Of a DNA stretch of 31,986 bases, positions 1 through 9,527 are shown piece after piece; the stretch's first letter is position 1, and each line of letters begins with the position of its first letter. The notes under the pieces were generated by a model. It saw only the letters and a program-made list of their open reading frames with translations, searched no databases and had not been told where the DNA came from. The stretch is from Bacteroidia bacterium (lineage in GTDB: Bacteria > Bacteroidota > Bacteroidia > Bacteroidales > VadinHA17): positions 1 through 31,986 of the forward strand of contig JAPLDX010000050.1 of NCBI GenBank assembly GCA_026391215.1, written 5' to 3'. A program made the translations under genes and the position numbers.

Positions 1-1323
1 GGGCTTGCACTTGCAAGAATACTGGCAAATAACAGGTATGAAACTGAAGTTTACTTTCTTCAGTTTTCTGAAAAAACATCAGATGACTGGCAGATGAACA
101 GGAAACGTCTTGAAAAAGAGACCAGTGTCCCATTTATTACAATAAAGGAATGTGATGAATTTCCGATGGTGAATCAGCAAGATGTAATCTTTGATGCTAT
201 TTTCGGTTCGGGAATTTCACGTCCGCCTGAAGGCCTGGCATCCCATATTATCGGATTGATCAACAAATCTGAGGCAACAGTTATATCAATTGATATTCCG
301 TCAGGACTGTTCGGAGAAGATAACAGCCACACCGGCAAGAACAATATTATAGAAGCAGATTTCACGCTCAGCTTCCAGTTCCCCAGGCTATCATTCATGT
401 TTCCGGAAAATGAAAAATACACAGGAGAGTGGACAGTTTTACCTATTGAACTGGATTTCAGCACAATAAACACTCCCTTCACCTTCCTGGAAAAGAAGCT
501 GATTGCACCACTCCTTAAGCAGCGAAATAAATTTGACCATAAGGGTATATTCGGTCATGGCTTGCTTGTAGGAGGATCGTATGGAAAGATGGGAGCAGTG
601 ATACTTGGCGCAAAAGCAGCTCTTCGTACCGGGATAGGCCTGCTGACCTGTCATATTCCGGGATCTGGAAATAATATTCTCCAGGTTGCTGTCCCCGAAG
701 CAATGATCAGCCAGGATAAAGATGAAACACATATCTCCGGTATCGGAAACACGGATAATTTTGACGCAATAGGGATAGGTCCAGGAATGGGCACTGATCC
801 TGTATCACAAAAAGCTGTTCATGAATTACTGGTCAGATATAAGAAACCGCTGGTGATCGATGCTGACGCTTTAAATATCCTGTCATTGAATAAGGAATGG
901 ATCTCTGTTCTGCCTGCCGGGACAATTATTACTCCTCATCCCAAGGAATTTGAAAGACTTGCAGGCAAATCAGCGAACGGATATGAAAGGCTTCTAAAGC
1001 AAATGGAATTCTCGCGAAAGCATAACTTAATTGTAGTTCTTAAAGGGGCATATACATCAGTTTCCGAACCGGATGGAAATGTCTGGTTTAACAGTACGGG
1101 CAATCCTGGAATGGCTACTGCCGGAAGCGGCGATGTACTGACGGGAATGATCCTTTCGTTGCTTGCACAGGGCTTAGTTCCCATGAATGCTGCAATTGCC
1201 GGTGTTTATCTTCATGGACTTGCCGGTGACATAGCAGCAGAGAGATCAGGTTATGAATCAGTAATTGCTTCCGATATAATTTCTGAAACAGGAGCTGCGT
1301 TTAAAAGAGTAAGAAATATTTAA
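1..1323 (+). CDS. nnr: Bifunctional NAD(P)H-hydrate epimerase/dehydratase (YjeF N+C domains), 5'-truncated
   Basis: Frame 1 is open from base 1 (GLALARIL..., the segment that normally follows GNNGGD). Epimerase motifs DAIFGSG and IDIPSG; dehydratase motifs HKGxFG, GIGPGMG, VIDADAL, TPHPKEF, LKG, GMATAGSGDVLTG, HGLAG. Confidence 0.95.
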   Translation, partial: GLALARILANNRYETEVYFLQFSEKTSDDWQMNRKRLEKETSVPFITIKECDEFPMVNQQDVIFDAIFGSGISRPPEGLASHIIGLINKSEATVISIDIPSGLFGEDNSHTGKNNIIEADFTLSFQFPRLSFMFPENEKYTGEWTVLPIELDFSTINTPFTFLEKKLIAPLLKQRNKFDHKGIFGHGLLVGGSYGKMGAVILGAKAALRTGIGLLTCHIPGSGNNILQVAVPEAMISQDKDETHISGIGNTDNFDAIGIGPGMGTDPVSQKAVHELLVRYKKPLVIDADALNILSLNKEWISVLPAGTIITPHPKEFERLAGKSANGYERLLKQMEFSRKHNLIVVLKGAYTSVSEPDGNVWFNSTGNPGMATAGSGDVLTGMILSLLAQGLVPMNAAIAGVYLHGLAGDIAAERSGYESVIASDIISETGAAFKRVRNI

Positions 1324-1334
1324 AACATAGATTA

Positions 1335-2456
1335 ATGAAAACAATATTCCGGCTTTCGATATTTCTGATGCTGATACTGGTGGTCACTTCCTGTTTCCCT
1401 GAAAAGAAGCTTACGGGGCCGGCCCATAATATTGCACCTCTTTCGGATACCACCCGGTTAAGGAACGGAAGCCTTGTATACGCCCTTCCTATGACAATAT
1501 TCACTGTAATGGTGGAAATGGAAAGGGTCATAGAAATACCTGGGCCTTATGCAAAATATGCCGAAGAACTGCTTGGACTGAAGAATGTAATAATGAACGA
1601 GGAAGAACATTGGTCAATTGAGAATGTCTCGGTCTCTTCCCATGAGGAAGCCGATCCTTCAGAATTTTATATTATTGAAGGCGATGGATTTTTCCAGACG
1701 AATGCCCTGGCTCTTAAAAAAGAGGGATTGATACTTGATCTGAATCCGGAACTGAACTCGAAATCAGTGAATATAGCCGGGAGCAAAGAGATTAACCTGA
1801 ATCAGTTCAGGTCCTCTGACCTTGGATCGGATGAATATTACAGAGTTCAGACAGATACGGCCTACAGGCGCATAAACGTTGATTCGGCGTTCATCCGGTT
1901 ACCTTATATTGTTGAAACAAAAAAGAAGCTTTCAACAAGTCAGCTTGCAGAAAAAACAGCCAGGCGGTTGATGGATCTCAGGGATGGTAAATTGCTGATA
2001 CTTACGGGCGAGGCAAATGTCTTCCCGCAAAGCGATGCTGCAATAAATGAAATGAACAGGCTGGAAAAAGAATATACTGAGCTCTTTACAGGTAAATACG
2101 TAAGGGAAAGAAGAACATTTACATACCACCTGGTGCCGCAAAAAGAGTTCGCAGGAAAACCAGTAACACTTTTCAGGTTCTCTGAAGTGACAGGTCCTGA
2201 AAATGCTTCATCTAAAAACGGAACTGTGGTTACTGTAAACCTGGTTCCAGAGAAGAAGACTAAAGCTCTTACTGTTATCTCAGGACAGGAACCAGATCCT
2301 TTGTCTACAGGAAACGAAAAGCTGTTTTACAGGGTGCCGGATGTTGTGAACATCTCATTAACGATTGGAAACGAAACTCTTTATAATTCAAGGAAGCTTG
2401 TTTACCAGTTTGGAGAAATATTGCAGCTTCCGTCAAATTACATAATCGGAAAATAA
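1335..2456 (+). CDS. DUF4831-family lipoprotein
   Basis: Signal peptide ending in lipobox-like VTSC. Motifs YALPxT, PGPYAKYAEELLG, EYTELFTG, LFRFS, FYRVP and YQFG are recalled as typical of Bacteroidota DUF4831. Starts 11 bp after the nnr stop. Confidence 0.8.
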   Translation: MKTIFRLSIFLMLILVVTSCFPEKKLTGPAHNIAPLSDTTRLRNGSLVYALPMTIFTVMVEMERVIEIPGPYAKYAEELLGLKNVIMNEEEHWSIENVSVSSHEEADPSEFYIIEGDGFFQTNALALKKEGLILDLNPELNSKSVNIAGSKEINLNQFRSSDLGSDEYYRVQTDTAYRRINVDSAFIRLPYIVETKKKLSTSQLAEKTARRLMDLRDGKLLILTGEANVFPQSDAAINEMNRLEKEYTELFTGKYVRERRTFTYHLVPQKEFAGKPVTLFRFSEVTGPENASSKNGTVVTVNLVPEKKTKALTVISGQEPDPLSTGNEKLFYRVPDVVNISLTIGNETLYNSRKLVYQFGEILQLPSNYIIGK

Positions 2457-2458
2457 AA

Positions 2459-2486
2459 GGTCCTCGGTCCTGGGTCCTGGGTAGTC
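2459..2486 (+). repeat. Heptamer tandem microarray GGTCCTC-GGTCCTG-GGTCCTG-GGTAGTC
   Basis: Read directly; begins 2 bp after the DUF4831 stop codon. Confidence 0.75.
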
Positions 2487-2519
2487 AATAATCAATGCCT
2501 AAATAATGTTGACCGTTTT

Positions 2520-3065
2520 TTATTTTACTTTTCCTACGAAACTCTTCTGATAATCCTCAAAGCTTTTAGTATTATAAGCCTTGTCTGCAAAGTAGCTTAT
2601 GAGTTGTTCCATATCTTTTGGGTCTTTGTATCCCGGAACAGGAGAAAGCCCGAGCTTTTCACCTTCCTGTGTAAGGAAAACTACAGTAGGATAGGACAGC
2701 TGTCCCTTCAGAAGTGCAACGGCCAGCTGATGTGCTTTTCCTGCTTTTCCGTCATTAATGAATGTCTGTCCTAGGAAAGTAATGGATTCTTTTCCCTCGG
2801 CATCAAATTTAACGGGATAGAACCTGGTATTGAGTATTTCTGCTATTACAGAATTTGTGAATGTCTCCTGGTCCATCTTTTTGCACCATCCGCACCAGTC
2901 AGTATAAGTATCAATAAATAACGGACGGGGGGATTCTTTCATAAGCTTTTCAGCTTCCTGTATGGTGTACCATTTTACTCCGGAATTTGCTGAAGTGCCT
3001 GGTATCTGTGAAAAAGCCGGCAATACAACGGTCAGGATCAATGCTAAAACTAAAATTCTTTTCAT
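2520..3065 (-). CDS. Exported thioredoxin-fold protein (DUF255/Thioredoxin_7-like)
   Basis: Sec signal (PAFS|Q), YTDWCGWCKKMD CxxC motif, cis-Pro loop SYPT. Confidence 0.9.
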   Translation of the reverse strand: MKRILVLALILTVVLPAFSQIPGTSANSGVKWYTIQEAEKLMKESPRPLFIDTYTDWCGWCKKMDQETFTNSVIAEILNTRFYPVKFDAEGKESITFLGQTFINDGKAGKAHQLAVALLKGQLSYPTVVFLTQEGEKLGLSPVPGYKDPKDMEQLISYFADKAYNTKSFEDYQKSFVGKVK

Positions 3066-3251
3066 TATTTAAAAGTTCAAAATTATGTTCTGCAAAATAA
3101 AACAATATACTTTAAAAAAGCATCATAACAGTTATCTTTTGAATGTATACAACAATCAGGCCACACTTAAGTTCATATATTGATTTTATCACAGGATTAC
3201 ATCCGATTAATTTATTTACATTTACCGATCAGAAAATTACAGAAATTATAC

Positions 3252-4631
3252 ATGGAAACAATAAGACAAACTCTGCGCGATTCAAAAACTGCCCGCTGGG
3301 GAGCTTTAGCAGTGGTCGCTTTTACAATGTTATGTGGTTATTACCTGACTGATGTTATGGCACCGCTGAAGCCATTGCTAGAGAAAGAACTTCTCTGGAA
3401 CAGTGCGGAATATGGCTTTTTTACCAGTGCTTATGGGTGGTTCAATGTATTCCTACTGATGCTGTTATTTGGGGGGATCATCCTTGACAAAATGGGAGTA
3501 AGATTTACCGGAGTTATGGCAACATCAGTTATGGTTATCGGTACAGCCATCAAATACTGGGCAATATCAACTCATGCTCTTGACGGGCATGAGATCCTTG
3601 GTATGAAAGCACAGGTAGTGGTTGCAGGATTGGGATTTGCTACATTTGGCGTCGGTGTGGAAGTCGCAGGTATAACGGTTTCAAAAATTATTGTAAAATG
3701 GTTTAAGGGAAAAGAAATGGCTTTGGCTATGGGGCTGGAAATGGCGACTGCCCGTTTAGGTACAGCTCTGGCTATGACAACATCTATACCGATTGCGCGG
3801 GCTCTTCATGGGGTATCAAAGCCGGTGCTTGTATGTCTCATAATGCTTTGTATAGGAATGATATCATTCATTGTATATACTTTTATGGATAAGAAGCTTG
3901 ATAAATCCCTTGAATCAGCCGGTGTGGCAATTGCCGGGGAGGAAGAGGAATCATTCCGGCTTAAAGATATTCTCTTTATAATTACAAACAAAGGCTGGTG
4001 GTACATTGCAATACTTTGCGTATTGTTCTATTCAGCTGTATTCCCGTTTATTAAGTATGCAACCGACCTGATGGTGAACAAATTTCAGGTAGATCAGGAA
4101 CTGGCAGGAATAATTCCCGGACTTCTTCCATTCGGAACTATATTACTTACTCCGCTTTTCGGGAATCTTTATGATCGTAAAGGCAAAGGTGCCACAATCA
4201 TGATAATAGGAGCGATATTACTGATTTTTGTACACGCAATGTACTCTATACCATTCCTGAAGGCAACACCTATTGCTATTATCCTCATTATTATTCTGGG
4301 AATTGGATTCTCTCTTGTTCCATCAGCCATGTGGCCCTCAGTACCTAAGATCATCCCTGAAAAACAACTTGGAACAGCTTATGCGCTTATATTCCTTGTT
4401 CAGAATGTAGGACTTATGCTGGTGCCTTTACTTATCGGATGGGTGCTCAATAAATATTGTATAACAGGTACGCGTCTTCTTGACGGGGTTGAAGTTTCAA
4501 ATTACAACTATACAATCCCGATGATAATCTTTACTTGTTTTGGGGTCCTGGCCCTGATTTTTGCACTTCTTTTGAAGGCTGAAGACAAGAAGAAAGGTTA
4601 CGGTCTGGAGATGCCGAACATCAAGAAATAG
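3252..4631 (+). CDS. MFS transporter (MFSD1-like subfamily)
   Basis: About 12 hydrophobic segments, motif A (GGIILDKMGVR; GNLYDRKG), KWFKGKEMALAMG. Start moved to ATG 3252 (METIRQ) from the upstream TTG. Confidence 0.9.
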   Translation: METIRQTLRDSKTARWGALAVVAFTMLCGYYLTDVMAPLKPLLEKELLWNSAEYGFFTSAYGWFNVFLLMLLFGGIILDKMGVRFTGVMATSVMVIGTAIKYWAISTHALDGHEILGMKAQVVVAGLGFATFGVGVEVAGITVSKIIVKWFKGKEMALAMGLEMATARLGTALAMTTSIPIARALHGVSKPVLVCLIMLCIGMISFIVYTFMDKKLDKSLESAGVAIAGEEEESFRLKDILFIITNKGWWYIAILCVLFYSAVFPFIKYATDLMVNKFQVDQELAGIIPGLLPFGTILLTPLFGNLYDRKGKGATIMIIGAILLIFVHAMYSIPFLKATPIAIILIIILGIGFSLVPSAMWPSVPKIIPEKQLGTAYALIFLVQNVGLMLVPLLIGWVLNKYCITGTRLLDGVEVSNYNYTIPMIIFTCFGVLALIFALLLKAEDKKKGYGLEMPNIKK

Positions 4632-4651
4632 TTATTTAAGAGAATTTTTAG

Positions 4652-4690
4652 AATATCCCATTATGAACCTTTAATGGGATATTTTGTTTT
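4652..4690 (+). terminator. Probable intrinsic terminator after the MFS gene
   Basis: 12-bp stem AATATCCCATTA / TAATGGGATATT with an 8-nt loop, followed by TTGTTTT. Confidence 0.65.
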
Positions 4691-4717
4691 ACTGTTAAAT
4701 AATTAACAAGAGCCTTT

Positions 4718-5047
4718 ATGGAGACCAACGAATTTGAAAAAGGAAAAATTTTCAGTTTGAATGATTCAGTGGAATATGCCAGCGGAGGTATATTAAGCAA
4801 AACTGTTCTGAAAAAAGAGACAGGCAATATTTCTCTCTTCTCATTTGCAAAAGGAGAAGCATTAAGCGAGCATACGGCCCCATTTGATGCTATGATTCAG
4901 GTAGTTGATGGTAAGGGTGAGGTTATAATAGGAGGGAAGTCATTCTTCCTTGACGCCGGTCAGGGCATTATAATGCCCGCAAACATAACACATGCCGTGA
5001 AAGCAGCGGAGAGATTCAAGATGGTGTTAACTATGATAAAAAGCTAA
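4718..5047 (+). CDS. Cupin-domain protein
   Basis: 109 aa; motifs GEALSEHTAPFDA and MPANITHAVKA match small cupin_2 proteins. Confidence 0.9.
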   Translation: METNEFEKGKIFSLNDSVEYASGGILSKTVLKKETGNISLFSFAKGEALSEHTAPFDAMIQVVDGKGEVIIGGKSFFLDAGQGIIMPANITHAVKAAERFKMVLTMIKS

Positions 5048-5049
5048 CT

Positions 5050-6039
5050 TTAGTTTACCCAGTTAAAGAACAGATACATTATTGCACCGATTGCTGCTGA
5101 TACTGGAATAGTAATAATCCAGGCTATAAATATTTTCCTTGTAACTCCCCATTTCACAGATGAAGCTCCTTTGCGGGCGCCGACGCCCATAATGGCCCCA
5201 GTAATAGTATGAGTTGTACTGACCGGGATGCCCCAATGTGTGGCAATAAAAAGTGCAACTGACCCGGAAATTTCGGCGCAGAATCCCTCAAATGGCTTAA
5301 TCTTGGTAATCCTCTGGCCCATGGTCTTTACTATTCTCCATCCTCCGAAAAGAGTGCCAAGAGCGATTGCAGTCTGACATGAGAGTACCACCCAGATAGG
5401 TGGTACTTTTGCCTCCTTTGAAACAAGTCCGGAGATCATTAATGCAACCCAGATAATTCCCATTGATTTCTGGGCATCATTTGCTCCATGTCCCAGGCTG
5501 AAGGCAGAAGCTGAAAAGAGCTGGAACCGGCGGAAGAGCTTGTCGACAGTGAAAGCCGGCACACGCCTGAAGATCCACATTATAAGTGAAGAGAAAAAAT
5601 GTGCAAACAGAAATCCGAGTAAAGGTGATATTAAGATAAAAGCAACTATTTTAATGACTCCTCCGGAGATAACAGCCCCCCAGCCAGAACTGACTACTGC
5701 TGCTCCGACCAAACCTCCGACAAGAGTATGGGATGAGCTTGATGGTAATCCCAGCCACCAGGTTGCCAGGTTCCATGTTATAGCAGCGATGAGCGCTGCT
5801 CCGATTACATTCAGGTTGATCACTTCAGGTACTACAATTCCCTTGTACATAGTTGTAGCAACGTTCAGTGGGAAAATCACGAATGCTATGAAATTGAAAA
5901 ATGCTGCCATGCAAACTGCAGCAAAAGGTGAAAGAACCTTTGTGGATACCACACATGCTATTGAATTAGCGGAATCATGAAATCCGTTAATGAAATCAAA
6001 TGTTATAGTTAATGCGACTATAATGTACAGAAATGTCAT
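5050..6039 (-). CDS. pit: Inorganic phosphate transporter, PiT family (copy 2)
   Basis: PiT signatures NGFHDSANS, PSSSSHTLVG, HGANDAQK, PVSTTHTITG. The ATG at 6039 overlaps the DUF47 stop (TGATG). Confidence 0.95.
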   Translation of the reverse strand: MTFLYIIVALTITFDFINGFHDSANSIACVVSTKVLSPFAAVCMAAFFNFIAFVIFPLNVATTMYKGIVVPEVINLNVIGAALIAAITWNLATWWLGLPSSSSHTLVGGLVGAAVVSSGWGAVISGGVIKIVAFILISPLLGFLFAHFFSSLIMWIFRRVPAFTVDKLFRRFQLFSASAFSLGHGANDAQKSMGIIWVALMISGLVSKEAKVPPIWVVLSCQTAIALGTLFGGWRIVKTMGQRITKIKPFEGFCAEISGSVALFIATHWGIPVSTTHTITGAIMGVGARKGASSVKWGVTRKIFIAWIITIPVSAAIGAIMYLFFNWVN

Positions 6040-6689
6040 CAAGCCATCTTTATCAAAATAGATTTGATCGTGTCAGTCACATCTTCTTCTTCATCCACAC
6101 ATCTTTCGAGGATCTCAAGTATCTTATTGTTTTTCAGCAACTCAGCAGCATCTTTTTCTTTGTCAAAAAGCTCTGAAACCGCGAAATAATAATATTCATC
6201 AACCTTATGTTCAATTGCGGTTACATTATTACAGGCTTTAGAAATCTCATCCTTATTTGCCGCTGCATCGTTCAGACAATGTATACATGTTTCAATTTCC
6301 TTTGCTGCATCGTATATAGAATCTGCTATCTCCTTGTAGACCGGCATCAAATGTTTGGGTTTGTAGAGACAAATCCTTCGCGCGATCCCATTTATTGAAT
6401 CAACTACATCATCAATACGGGCAGTAAGCTCATGTATATCTTCCCTGTCGAAAGGAGTGATAAAAGACTTATTCAACTGCAAATAGGTTTTATCTGTGAT
6501 TTCATCTCCAATATGTTCAACATCTTTAATCTCTTTATTAAACCTTTCATGATCTTCCAGTGTATTGCTCGTTACCATCTGACGCAGCAAGGAAGCGGCT
6601 TTAACAAGGTTCTTTGCATCCTCTTCAAAAAGAGGGTAAAAAGAATGATCCTTGGGTACGAAAAACTTAAGAAACTTATCTATATTCAT
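6039..6689 (-). CDS. DUF47 / PhoU-like phosphate transport regulator
   Basis: IKDVEHIGD and FITPFDREDI motifs, helical and acidic, lies between two pit genes. Confidence 0.93.
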   Translation of the reverse strand: MNIDKFLKFFVPKDHSFYPLFEEDAKNLVKAASLLRQMVTSNTLEDHERFNKEIKDVEHIGDEITDKTYLQLNKSFITPFDREDIHELTARIDDVVDSINGIARRICLYKPKHLMPVYKEIADSIYDAAKEIETCIHCLNDAAANKDEISKACNNVTAIEHKVDEYYYFAVSELFDKEKDAAELLKNNKILEILERCVDEEEDVTDTIKSILIKMA

Positions 6690-6724
6690 TTTACTGATTT
6701 ATTAGATATAAAATTATCATTTTT

Positions 6725-7711
6725 TTAATTTATCCAGTTAAATAATAAGTACATCAAGGCTCCAAAAATTCCTGATATGGGAATTGTGAGTATCCAAGAC
6801 CAGAATATTTTTGTGGTGACTCCCCATTTGACAGCCGATAGTCCTTTTCTTGCCCCGACTCCGATTATTGCGCCTGTTATTGTATGTGTTGTACTTACCG
6901 GTATCCCGAAATGAGTGGCCCCGAAGAGAGTAAGAGCGCCTGCGGTTTCAGCGCAGAATCCTTCAAATGGTTTCAGCTTTGTGATTTTTTGTCCCATGGT
7001 TTTGACAATCCTCCATCCTCCGAATAATGTACCAAGCGCAATAGCTGCCTGGCAGGATAAGACAACCCACATAGGTATAGAATCATTCTTGGTTGTGAGA
7101 CCTGAAACGATCATCGCTACCCATATAATACCCATTGATTTTTGAGCATCATTACCACCATGACCAAGGCTGAAAGCTGCAGCAGATACCAGCTGAAGCC
7201 TTCGGAAGTGCCTGTCAACCCCGGATGGAGAATGTTTTCTTACAAGGTACTGGACTATTGTTGAGATTATGAATCCCATGACCATACCAAGCAGAGGGGC
7301 TATAAAAATAAATGCCACAATTTTAATTACTCCGGCTGTTATTATTGATCCCGGTCCTGAACTGACTAATGCCGCACCAACCAACCCTCCAACCAGAGTA
7401 TGGGAGGAACTGGAAGGTAATCCCAACCACCAGGTAATCAGGTTCCATGTAATAGCCGCTATCAGGGCTGCACCAATTACATTTAAATTTATAACATCCG
7501 GCTCAATAATACCCTTACCCATTGTTGTTGCTACTTTCAAAGGAAATACCACGAATGCAATGAAATTAAATGTAGCGGCAAGAAGAACCGCTGAGAAAGG
7601 TGAAAGTACTTTTGTTGATACTACAGTCGCAATTGAGTTGGCAGAATCATGAAAACCATTAATAAAATCAAATATGATAACCAGCGCAACTATAATATAT
7701 AAAAACGTCAT
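6725..7711 (-). CDS. pit: Inorganic phosphate transporter, PiT family (copy 1)
   Basis: NGFHDSANS, PSSSSH, HGGNDAQK, PVSTTH; clearly paralogous to 5050..6039. Confidence 0.95.
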   Translation of the reverse strand: MTFLYIIVALVIIFDFINGFHDSANSIATVVSTKVLSPFSAVLLAATFNFIAFVVFPLKVATTMGKGIIEPDVINLNVIGAALIAAITWNLITWWLGLPSSSSHTLVGGLVGAALVSSGPGSIITAGVIKIVAFIFIAPLLGMVMGFIISTIVQYLVRKHSPSGVDRHFRRLQLVSAAAFSLGHGGNDAQKSMGIIWVAMIVSGLTTKNDSIPMWVVLSCQAAIALGTLFGGWRIVKTMGQKITKLKPFEGFCAETAGALTLFGATHFGIPVSTTHTITGAIIGVGARKGLSAVKWGVTTKIFWSWILTIPISGIFGALMYLLFNWIN

Positions 7712-8004
7712 CTGTTAAGGTTTAAAGTAAAGACCAAAGCAGTATCTAAAACATTGGCAAACTGTAATATGTTCATTACTTCATATTTATGTTTATGTAT
7801 TGCTACAACAGGTGCCTAAAAGTAAATAAACCCGAAGAGATTTCAAAATGATCATCAGGTCAAGTTTTCAGTCTTATTTGAACAATAATAGCAAGTTCCC
7901 GTTTTTAGTCATATTTAAGGTTTTTACACTATTAATCAGTTTTTTTACTAACAAATTTTATTACTTTTATAGAATAATGTTTTATAATAATAAACCTATT
8001 GAAT

Positions 8005-9462
8005 ATGAGCGACATACGTGAACTTGAGCCAAAACAGCTCTGGAATTTTTTCTATGACATAACACAGATCCCTCACCCCTCAAAGAAGGAGAAGAGGATG
8101 GCCGATTATATTGCGAAATTCGGCAAAGACCATAAGCTTGAGACAATCGTTGATAAAGTCGGTAACGTAATTATAAGAAAACCGGCAACGAAAGGAATGG
8201 AGAAACGCAAAGGAGTTATCCTGCAGTCACATCTCGACATGGTGCCTCAGAAAAATAATGACAAGAAGCATGATTTTGAAAAGGATCCTATCCAGGCAAT
8301 CATTGATGGTGACTGGGTAAAGGCCAATGGAACAACCCTCGGATCAGATAATGGTATCGGAGTGGCTGGAGCTCTTACCGTACTGGCTTCAAAAGATATT
8401 CAGCATGGTCCTCTGGAAGCTCTCTTTACAATTGATGAAGAGACCGGCATGACAGGAGTATTCGGACTGAAGAAAGGCATCCTGAAAGGAGATATCCTGA
8501 TGAATCTCGATTCGGAGGATGAACATGAACTATGCGTGGGATGCGCAGGAGGAATTGATGTGAGCGCTGTGAAGAAATACAAGGAAGAAAAGACTCCCGT
8601 CAGGATGACTGCCTACAGGATAACTGCAAAAGGACTGAAAGGCGGACATTCAGGTGTCGATATTGCACTTGGAAGGGCAAACTCCAACAAGCTCATGTTC
8701 CGGTTCCTTATGCAGGCTGAGACAGATTTCGGGATAAGGCTCGCTGAAGCTGCCGGAGGAAATCTCCGCAACGCAATTCCCCGTGAATCTTATGCTCTTT
8801 TGCTTGTTCCGACTGCAAAAGCCAAAGCATTTGAAAAACTCGTAAAGGGATATGAGAAGATGTACAGGGCTGAATTTGCAGAGACAGAACCTGATATGGC
8901 ATTTATATGCAAGAAGTGCGAAATGCCTGCAAAAGTGCTGACAAAACCGGATCAGTTCAAGATCATAAGAGCAGTCTTTGCCTGTCCGAATGGCGTACAG
9001 AGAATGAGTCAGTCTATGAAAGGACTGGTTGAGACATCAAACAATATGGCAATTGTAAAAGTCATTAAAGGGAATTTTGAGGTTCATAATTTGTGCCGCA
9101 GCTCGGTCAATACCTCCAAGGAATCGACCGCATGGAGGATTGCTGCTGTTTTCCATCTGATGGATGCAAAGGTCACAATGACCGGAGGCTATCCTGGATG
9201 GAAACCTGATATGGCATCCCCGGTGCTCAAAGCAATGCGCGGAACCTATAAGAAGATGTTCGGTGTCGAACCTGATGTTAAAGCTATTCATGCAGGACTG
9301 GAATGCGCCATTATCGGCGGAGTCTACCCTGCCCTGGATATGATCTCATTCGGACCTACAATCAAATTCCCTCACTCCCCGGATGAGAAAGTGAATGTAC
9401 CATCGGTAAAGAAGTTTTATGCTTTTCTGTGTGAGAGCCTGAAACAGGTACCGCTTAAATAA
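8005..9462 (+). CDS. pepD: Aminoacyl-histidine dipeptidase (M20C)
   Basis: LQSHLDMV, TTLGSDNGIG, FTIDEETG, NLDSE, GGHSG, IHAGLEC, HSPDE. ATG at 8005 preferred over TTG 7999. Confidence 0.95.
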   Translation: MSDIRELEPKQLWNFFYDITQIPHPSKKEKRMADYIAKFGKDHKLETIVDKVGNVIIRKPATKGMEKRKGVILQSHLDMVPQKNNDKKHDFEKDPIQAIIDGDWVKANGTTLGSDNGIGVAGALTVLASKDIQHGPLEALFTIDEETGMTGVFGLKKGILKGDILMNLDSEDEHELCVGCAGGIDVSAVKKYKEEKTPVRMTAYRITAKGLKGGHSGVDIALGRANSNKLMFRFLMQAETDFGIRLAEAAGGNLRNAIPRESYALLLVPTAKAKAFEKLVKGYEKMYRAEFAETEPDMAFICKKCEMPAKVLTKPDQFKIIRAVFACPNGVQRMSQSMKGLVETSNNMAIVKVIKGNFEVHNLCRSSVNTSKESTAWRIAAVFHLMDAKVTMTGGYPGWKPDMASPVLKAMRGTYKKMFGVEPDVKAIHAGLECAIIGGVYPALDMISFGPTIKFPHSPDEKVNVPSVKKFYAFLCESLKQVPLK

Positions 9463-9483
9463 GCGCAGGGCACAGGGCGCAGG
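9463..9483 (+). repeat. Heptamer tandem microarray GCGCAGG-GCACAGG-GCGCAGG
   Basis: Read directly; starts on the base after the pepD TAA. Confidence 0.8.
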
Positions 9484-9486
9484 TCA

Positions 9487-9523
9487 CCTTGCTAAGCGTA
9501 GTTTGAAACTACGCTTAGCAAGG
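9487..9523. repeat. Perfect 18-bp inverted repeat (REP-like hairpin or bidirectional terminator)
   Basis: CCTTGCTAAGCGTAGTTT-G-AAACTACGCTTAGCAAGG between convergent pepD and BCCP genes. Confidence 0.9.
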
Positions 9524-9527
9524 CAGA

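Noticed and set aside
5540-7652. Two similar plus-strand ORFs (5540..5980 and 7269..7652)
   Set aside because: They are antisense shadows of the two paralogous pit genes; their similarity follows from that of the sense genes.
7761-7810. Possible Pho box upstream of the pit operon
   Set aside because: Only loose ATGTT repeats 20 bp apart in AT-rich DNA, without the 11-bp periodic repeats expected.
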